Source of the DNA: a virus
Length of the DNA stretch: 64,000 nucleotides
Strand: one strand, 5' to 3'
Virus record (IMG/VR): IMGVR_UViG_3300020450_001021
Span: 1-64,000 of that record
The number at the start of each line of letters is the position of its first letter. Positions within the stretch are counted from its first letter, which is position 1. The notes under the pieces were generated by a model, which saw nothing but the letters and a program-made list of their open reading frames with translations, was not told the origin of the DNA and did no database searches. This document shows positions 57,301 to 64,000 of this stretch, one piece after another. The position numbers were made by a program, and so were the translations under genes.

Positions 57301-58905
57301 TTATTTAGCGTTTTTATTGCTAGGTGGTAACGGTGGTTGTTTCATTTGATCAATTTGTGCCTTTTGCATTTCTTGTTCTAGATCTGCTGTCTCTTGTTCT
57401 TGACCTAATTGTGCAACTGGATCCATTACTAGACCTTGCTTTATCTCACTATTTATCTGCTTACGCATTTCAGATATTTCTTGTTCTGTAAACTGTAGTA
57501 ACTGACGCATAACATAATCTTGTGAGAAGTATTTTCCAACATAAAGATCAAGTTCATTTAAAACTTCCATCTTTTTCTGGAGCATTTCTAAATCTTTTAA
57601 TTCAGAAAAATGATTATCATACAAATAATCATACTGAATATGCTCTTTCATGTCTTCCCAATCATCAGGTGTAATAACACCTTTTAAAATTAATTGGGTT
57701 CTTAATAGGTCATGAAAAAGATCAGAAAACTTCTTACGGAGACGACCTACAAATTTAGTAAATTTAATTTCATCTCTATTAATCTCCTCTGACTTACCAA
57801 GGTCAAATGATTTGTCACTCTCTAATCTTGATGGTGGTACATTTAATGCTTTGTATAACTGTGATTGGAAATACTTGATATCTGTAAGTTCACCTAAGTT
57901 TTGTCCACCAGGTAAAGTTGTGATTTCAGTTCCTCTACCACCTTCCCTACGTGGTAACCAGAAATCTTCAAGCATACTCATATGTTTTTTGTCGTCACGA
58001 ATTTCGCCAGTATTTGAATCGTATACTAACTTATTTCTGTAACGAGACATAACATCACGAAGATATTGTTCCGCTTTTATTTTTGGAAGATTACCAACAT
58101 CAATGTAAAATATTCTTCTTTCTGGTGCACGTGATAATCTGTATATTACAATACTATCTTCAAGCATTCTTAACTGATTAAGATACTTAATTGCTTTATG
58201 TAAGTGACTTAATACTATATTTTTACCTTGATCTTTTACACCAGATGTAATATATGATATAGCATCATTTGAAATTTTAATGCCTTGATTAGTATTGTTT
58301 ACACCTTTCTCATTATAAATGTAAAATTCTGTAGTTTTACCGTAGTCATATTTCATGAACTGATCGGCATTGATAGGTGGTTTTTCTACAATACGAAGTT
58401 TCTTTATTTTTAGTGGATCAATCCAACGTAACTCTAATATACCCTTACTTGGATCTTCTAAATCTACCACTTTATGATAAAACATTCTACCATCAATAAA
58501 CCATCTTCTGAATATTTGATGAGCACCTTTGTCTACATCTAATAATTTCTTTATATGATCAAACTCGTCTCTAATACTTTTCTTTATTGATGATGATGCC
58601 TGTAAATTAGATAGTTCAAGTTCTACAGGACTATCATCTTTATCAGATACAATTGCTTCATTTGTAATATCTTCGATAGCACTATCAACCTCAGGTTGCA
58701 GTGCCATCTGTCTATAACGACGTATTAAATTTATCTCGTCTCTTTTTTTCGAGTCATCAAGATCCACATAATGACCAAACCACCCACCAAAAGGAGTAAT
58801 GGTGGATGTTGCGTCATTATCTACTGGAGGTACTGGAGAAGCAGCACCTTTTGCTTTAAGTTTGGGGTCTTTATCTTTTATAGAGAACCCAAATAAAGTT
58901 GCCAT
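57301..58905 (-). CDS. portal protein (gp20-like)
   Basis: IYRLSRAPERRIFYIDVGNLPK, EDFWLPRREGGRGTEI. Confidence 0.98.
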   Translation of the reverse strand: MATLFGFSIKDKDPKLKAKGAASPVPPVDNDATSTITPFGGWFGHYVDLDDSKKRDEINLIRRYRQMALQPEVDSAIEDITNEAIVSDKDDSPVELELSNLQASSSIKKSIRDEFDHIKKLLDVDKGAHQIFRRWFIDGRMFYHKVVDLEDPSKGILELRWIDPLKIKKLRIVEKPPINADQFMKYDYGKTTEFYIYNEKGVNNTNQGIKISNDAISYITSGVKDQGKNIVLSHLHKAIKYLNQLRMLEDSIVIYRLSRAPERRIFYIDVGNLPKIKAEQYLRDVMSRYRNKLVYDSNTGEIRDDKKHMSMLEDFWLPRREGGRGTEITTLPGGQNLGELTDIKYFQSQLYKALNVPPSRLESDKSFDLGKSEEINRDEIKFTKFVGRLRKKFSDLFHDLLRTQLILKGVITPDDWEDMKEHIQYDYLYDNHFSELKDLEMLQKKMEVLNELDLYVGKYFSQDYVMRQLLQFTEQEISEMRKQINSEIKQGLVMDPVAQLGQEQETADLEQEMQKAQIDQMKQPPLPPSNKNAK

Positions 58906-58933
58906 AATTAAATTTTATTTACCGTGCTACTAT

Positions 58934-59569
58934 TTAGTTGGTTTGAGAACCGACTACTTGAGAAGATAAAAATCCAGATTCAGTTGAATTAGGACTCTTT
59001 CTACCTGGTGCATTAGCATCAAGGTATTGATACTGAAACTCAACATCAAATTCTTCTAGAGCATCGTTACTATCAAAGGCAACATTAATTGCACCAACTG
59101 AAGTTGGCCATGCACCTACAAGTTTGTAAACTCTAAGAATCTTATTCTTGTCTGATCCACCAGTTTGACCTGCTTGACCTACAGAATCTTTAGATAATTG
59201 TCTTACATAAAGATCTTGAAATAGATTCTCAAATCCACCTGTAACACCTATGTTCTCATCTACTTGGTTACCTAAGTTAACCCATGACTCAAATGCTGCT
59301 CTTAGATTAAAGTCAGCAGTGTTGTAGAAAGTAGCACTCCATGCTTCAAATGTTCTGTCTCCAGGAATCTTAAGAAATCTTCCACGGAATGGAACTTCTA
59401 TAAGTCCTTGTGAATGTGTAGGCAATGAAGTAGATCTACATAAGAACTGTCCTTGTTCTTTTAAGGATACTCTATCACCTGTACCACTAGGGAAGTTGAT
59501 ATCAACTTCATACAGGTTAGGTCTTACTCCACCATTGAGCCTAGATTTAAATTCTATTATGTTAGGCAT
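58934..59569 (-). CDS. tail tube protein (gp19-like)
   Basis: GGVRPNLYEV, VPFRGR.LKIPGDRTF, EEFDVEFQY. Confidence 0.95.
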   Translation of the reverse strand: MPNIIEFKSRLNGGVRPNLYEVDINFPSGTGDRVSLKEQGQFLCRSTSLPTHSQGLIEVPFRGRFLKIPGDRTFEAWSATFYNTADFNLRAAFESWVNLGNQVDENIGVTGGFENLFQDLYVRQLSKDSVGQAGQTGGSDKNKILRVYKLVGAWPTSVGAINVAFDSNDALEEFDVEFQYQYLDANAPGRKSPNSTESGFLSSQVVGSQTN

Positions 59570-59594
59570 TGTTTGTTATTAACTCCTTTGTGTT

Positions 59595-62336
59595 TTAACT
59601 AGCGACTACTTCAGAGAAACTGATACCAGTTCTTGTAGCAACAAATGTCAATGTAATAAAGTTGATAGAACGTGTTGGCTGAATGTAAATATCAGCAACG
59701 AACTCGTTATTATCTATAACAGCAGATGTGTTATTTGATCCATCACACACAACTAAGAAATCGGTAATACCTCTTCTTGATTGAACATTACGTAAGAATG
59801 GTTCAATAATACCTTTAAACACATTTCTTGTGATCTCATCATTGAGTTCAAATAGTTGTGCTTTAGCAGCTTCTTCAATTGCTTTTTCAACAACAATGAA
59901 GAGACGACGAACGTTGATTCTATCAAATGCACTAGGTGTGCTAAGTGCTGTCTTGTCACCAAATAGAACTGCACCTTGACCAGGAAATGTACTGATTGGG
60001 TTAACTCTATTTGCATAAAGTTCATCTCTATCTGTCTTAGTAGGATTCCATGCAAGTTTTGCAAGGTTCCTAATAGCACCTCTAGAGAAACCTGCTGGTG
60101 AGAACCATGGTTCCTGTCTGATTGCTGTATCTGCAACTAATCCTGCAACGTCTGAGTTACATGGAACGTAGCAATACTTTTGATTCCATCTGTCATAAAC
60201 ATACTTGTAGTTACAATCAAGAACTAAGTATGAACTACTTGCAACACTGCCAAAGAAATCTTTAACATTCTTAACGATGTCTTTGTTAGCAAGTGGAAGA
60301 CCAGTAGAAGCAATAATGTTTCCTTTATGTGGAGATCCGAATGCCATGCAATCCTTTCTCTCTGCAGCAATACCTGCAATGTAGTTTAGTTTTTCTCTTG
60401 TTGCTGTCTCAGTAGCAAGACCAGGACCCATTATAAGATACTCAAGATTGATGCTATCAATCTCTCTAAACTCATCATATGCACCATTAAAATCAGCAGC
60501 TGAAAGATCCCATGCTCCACTTGCAAGTGATGTATAATCTGAACCTGCAGTTAGATCATAATTTTTAGAACCTACTGGTTCAAAATCTTGTGTTCTATTA
60601 TTTGTTTCATAAATTGTATCACCTGCAAAAATGAATTTACTTCCGTCTGCAAGAACATTCTTATAGTAGTTAATTCCACCTTGTGGTCCTCTACCATCAG
60701 ATGCTTTTGATAGGTATGTAAATGATTCTATAACTGAATCTTTACTACCAGATACACTTCCATCTTCATCTACAACTGCAACGTGAACTGCATCTCTACC
60801 GTATGCATCGCCTGCATAAAACTCACCATCAGCAGTATTTACTGGACGTGCAGCAACTGAGTTCCAAGTTAAATTAGAACCTTCATAAAGTTTTGCGTAT
60901 GACCACCAAACTGATCCGTCATCTACAGATGCTACAGTACCACTATTAGAACCAATAGTTAATGAATCTCCATTAGCAAAAAGTTGACCTGTAGTTGGGT
61001 TTTCTAAGTATACGTTACTTGCATTATCTACTATTACAACGTGTACATAATGAGTTGTAGTACCACCAGAAGTTACCATTGAGTAATCAATGACCTTACC
61101 TTTTTTAGATCCTGATACTACAAAATCTCCAACATTAACATTACTGATTGCTGAGTCCCCAGATGTAAGAGCAATAGATTGCCTAGGACCATTATCAACA
61201 ATACAAACACGTAACCCATTACCCCATGAACCTGCACTCTTGGCAGCGAATAACCATCCTGTTGTGTTGTCGTTATATTGTGCATCATAGACCTCACTGT
61301 TTTCTATCTTAATTGGATCTGCAGAAACAACTGCTGTACCAACTGCTGTTGTACCTGGAATGGGAATTGTTGGAGAGATACCAACGAAGTTTGTGTAATC
61401 TCCAAAGTTTGTTACCGTAAATCCAGTAATAACTCCAGAAACATTTACATCTGCTGTAGCAGCAAATCCTGTATTAGCAGCACCACCTGATACTGAAACG
61501 TTGTATGTTGCAGTTGGATCGTAATTTGTACCACCAGAAACTAGTGTAATTGCCAATCCAGATGGATCACTAATGTCTATTGTAGGAGCAGATGTATATC
61601 CAGATCCACCAACAACTGCAATACCAGTAATAACACCATTTACTATTGTAGGAGTTACTGTAACGCCAGCAGAACTACCACCACCACCTGAGATTGATAC
61701 AGTTGGATTTGAAGAATAACCAGAACCACCATCTGTAATATTTAAATTACCAGTTAGTGCACCTGCATTAACGTTAGCAAGTGATGCTGTTGCTGTTGCT
61801 GTATCACCTTGGGCAACTGTTGCTTGTCCTGTAACACCGACATCACCAAATGTGACAGTTGGTTGTGAACTGTATCCAGAACCTGAGTTTGTTATAACAA
61901 CTTGTGATACTCTACCATTAGCATCTAAAACTGCAGTACCTGCAGCATTAGATCCTCCTCCACCACTGAATGATACGGAAGGTGCAGAAACATATTTACC
62001 ATTAGTTGTAGGGTTATTAATAGTTATTGATGAAACACTTTGTCCTACACGTGCAACTGCATTTTTCAGTTGATCTGTATTTACTCTAGTTACGGATAGT
62101 GTTCCCCCGTAATTTAAATAGTTTGTTGCTGAGAGAAAGTACTCCGAATTATTTGCTACGGGTTCACCAAATGCTTCTATAAGTCCAGCTTCTGAACTTA
62201 CTGTAACAGGAGAACCTAATTCTCCTTTAGTAAAAGGTGCAGCAAATCCTGCAATATTATTAATTCCAATCTCAGCTCTGCCATTGGTTAAGTCGAGTTC
62301 CTTAACGACGACACCAGGTGAGCGTAAAGTTGCCAT
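59595..62336 (-). CDS. tail sheath protein (gp18-like) with inserted repeat domains
   Basis: SPGVVVKE, PWFSPAG..RG, AFDRINVRRLF, F.ATRTG. Confidence 0.96.
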   Translation of the reverse strand: MATLRSPGVVVKELDLTNGRAEIGINNIAGFAAPFTKGELGSPVTVSSEAGLIEAFGEPVANNSEYFLSATNYLNYGGTLSVTRVNTDQLKNAVARVGQSVSSITINNPTTNGKYVSAPSVSFSGGGGSNAAGTAVLDANGRVSQVVITNSGSGYSSQPTVTFGDVGVTGQATVAQGDTATATASLANVNAGALTGNLNITDGGSGYSSNPTVSISGGGGSSAGVTVTPTIVNGVITGIAVVGGSGYTSAPTIDISDPSGLAITLVSGGTNYDPTATYNVSVSGGAANTGFAATADVNVSGVITGFTVTNFGDYTNFVGISPTIPIPGTTAVGTAVVSADPIKIENSEVYDAQYNDNTTGWLFAAKSAGSWGNGLRVCIVDNGPRQSIALTSGDSAISNVNVGDFVVSGSKKGKVIDYSMVTSGGTTTHYVHVVIVDNASNVYLENPTTGQLFANGDSLTIGSNSGTVASVDDGSVWWSYAKLYEGSNLTWNSVAARPVNTADGEFYAGDAYGRDAVHVAVVDEDGSVSGSKDSVIESFTYLSKASDGRGPQGGINYYKNVLADGSKFIFAGDTIYETNNRTQDFEPVGSKNYDLTAGSDYTSLASGAWDLSAADFNGAYDEFREIDSINLEYLIMGPGLATETATREKLNYIAGIAAERKDCMAFGSPHKGNIIASTGLPLANKDIVKNVKDFFGSVASSSYLVLDCNYKYVYDRWNQKYCYVPCNSDVAGLVADTAIRQEPWFSPAGFSRGAIRNLAKLAWNPTKTDRDELYANRVNPISTFPGQGAVLFGDKTALSTPSAFDRINVRRLFIVVEKAIEEAAKAQLFELNDEITRNVFKGIIEPFLRNVQSRRGITDFLVVCDGSNNTSAVIDNNEFVADIYIQPTRSINFITLTFVATRTGISFSEVVAS

Positions 62337-62421
62337 TTGTATCTCCTGAGGTGATTAGTCATATATCTGCAAATATTTATTATTTTCTACTTTTTCATTG
62401 GGGAAACAATGCATGAACACA

Positions 62422-62664
62422 TTACCAATCAGGATAATCTGCTAGGTATGGAGGTAAAGGTCTAGGTCTATTTTTCTTCTTTCTTTTAGATGTTATTCTT
62501 TTAATTGTACAGGTCTTACATTCATATGAATATGCTGAAGGATATCCTTTTCTACTTTTACGAGTAAGATAGAAATCTTCTATCAAATTTTTTCTTGTAT
62601 TACATACCCTACAAACTCTTTCTTTGAATAAGACCTTATCTAGACCAAATCCAAACTCATCCAT
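62422..62664 (-). CDS. small zinc-binding protein
   Basis: CRVC...FY...YECKTC. Confidence 0.75.
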   Translation of the reverse strand: MDEFGFGLDKVLFKERVCRVCNTRKNLIEDFYLTRKSRKGYPSAYSYECKTCTIKRITSKRKKKNRPRPLPPYLADYPDW

Positions 62665-64000
62665 TACCTATACTCCCACAAAGAACTTAGTTCACCATAC
62701 TCATCTCTAGGACTTTCACCTTCATACCATCCTTTGTTATCTGCAACCACCCATACATTACCTTCTTGATCTTTTTCTTTTTCATATGTACCTAGACCAT
62801 CATCAATAAAACCAAATGGTGCCATGTCTTGTTCTATTTGATTCTTTTGTTCTTCATAAATTCTACTTCTTATATCATTATCAGTCATCTCTTTGAAATA
62901 ATCCTGAGCAACTAACCATCCAAAAATAACAAGACACATTGCTAAGTCATCATGACAACCATCATCAGCTTCAAACGATTGTCTTTTTTGAATAAAAGTA
63001 GTAAGTTCAGCAATAATATCATAGTCATTAATTAAAACTTTATCTGTCTCTACTAACTGTTTAAGGTTTGAGCATCCTATTTTCTTAACTGTAGTACTCA
63101 TCTTAACACCTAACTGTGTCTTAGTACCAGAGAATCCTTGTCCTACAACCTGACCTGCACGTCCTCTCATAGCACACATAAGCACGTTCTCATTCTCAAG
63201 ATCGTACTGTAGTATAGATGCTACTTGATCTCCAATATCATTTACCTCACATAGAATGTATGCTTGATTATACTGTACTGAAATTTGATTTATGATATTA
63301 GGAAATACCATAGGTTTAACTTCGTTATTCTTATAGATACCAACAATTTTATAAGGTACAGTTGTTATATCATATAATATAAATGCTGAGTAATCATTAT
63401 TAACACCACGAGATACATCAACAGTCATTAAATATTCATGTTTTTCCTGAGGTCTTTCGTATATTTTTAAACCACCACTTGTATGTAAAGGTTCATCATA
63501 TGACAGTGATCTTAATTTAGCTGCCGAAATTAATGTATCAACAGATCCTAAAAACTCACACTCAAATTCTTGAGTGAACTGTCGTTCAGATGTGTTGGCA
63601 ATAGTTTGTTCTTTCCACTTCTCGTCTCTGCCAGGTACCTGACTCCAATGTACTTCTGTAGTCGTATACTCATTTCTACCAAGTTCGGCATCATGCCATA
63701 ACTTGTAGAACATATTCATTCCGTTGGGGGTGGAAATGATGATGACTTTGGTTGACTTACCAGATGATATAGTAGGATAAACACTGGCAAAGAACTGCTC
63801 TGCAATATGATTAGGTATGAACGCAAATTCATCCAAGAAGATGATGTTAAATGACATACCTCGGACAGCAGATGCTGAAGTAGAAGAAGCGAGAATCTTG
63901 GATCCATTTTCTAACTCCATACTACCTTTGTTCCATGCTATGATTCCTTGCTGTAACCAAGTAGGTAGATTCTCATATGCTAATTGTAATCTTCCAAGCA
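62664..64000 (-). CDS. terminase large subunit (gp17-like), 5' end outside the window
   Basis: Frame stays open to the window edge; FLDEFAF, ISTPNG, VDVSRG, HDDLAM. Confidence 0.97.
   Translation of the reverse strand, partial: LGRLQLAYENLPTWLQQGIIAWNKGSMELENGSKILASSTSASAVRGMSFNIIFLDEFAFIPNHIAEQFFASVYPTISSGKSTKVIIISTPNGMNMFYKLWHDAELGRNEYTTTEVHWSQVPGRDEKWKEQTIANTSERQFTQEFECEFLGSVDTLISAAKLRSLSYDEPLHTSGGLKIYERPQEKHEYLMTVDVSRGVNNDYSAFILYDITTVPYKIVGIYKNNEVKPMVFPNIINQISVQYNQAYILCEVNDIGDQVASILQYDLENENVLMCAMRGRAGQVVGQGFSGTKTQLGVKMSTTVKKIGCSNLKQLVETDKVLINDYDIIAELTTFIQKRQSFEADDGCHDDLAMCLVIFGWLVAQDYFKEMTDNDIRSRIYEEQKNQIEQDMAPFGFIDDGLGTYEKEKDQEGNVWVVADNKGWYEGESPRDEYGELSSLWEYR

Noticed and set aside
53964-62073. 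Short alternative-frame and antisense ORFs inside gp23, gp22, gp21, gp20 and gp18
   Set aside because: Expected by-products of biased codon usage in long structural genes

Overview
AT-rich fragment of a T4-like marine cyanomyovirus (Kyanoviridae type). A Prochlorococcus host is likely, inferred from pebS, the hli array, the divergent psbD and low GC. Almost all genes are on the minus strand. From right to left the window holds: the morphogenesis block (gp17 partial, gp18-gp23, gp3); recombination, transcription and replication genes (uvsY, uvsW, gp55, gp47/46, a vWA-peptidase plus CobS-like AAA pair, pebS, gp45/44/62, dam, regA, hsp20, gp43, uvsX, gp41, mazG, gp61, nrdA/B); and an auxiliary-metabolism region (DUF401-type transporter, cpeT-like lyase, 2OG-Fe(II) oxygenases, five hli genes, psbA, psbD, talC, speD, and an overlapping ndhP-ndhI pair at the left edge). 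Several short ORFs missing from the supplied track were translated by hand. The most notable observations are: (1) a nitrogen-sensing cassette of an NtcA-like box, two apparently interlocked glutamine-riboswitch aptamers and a DUF4278 (GS-inactivating-factor-like) peptide; (2) a late-expressed six-gene secreted/membrane module of unknown function; (3) an HNH gene flanked by a perfect 20-bp direct repeat; (4) a consensus antisense promoter sharing its -35 element with the gp55 promoter; (5) a candidate ~60-nt late sRNA after psbD; (6) two PsbN-like paralogs. No tRNA, rRNA, CRISPR array, intron or intein was recognised. All assignments come from motif recognition; no database searches were run.
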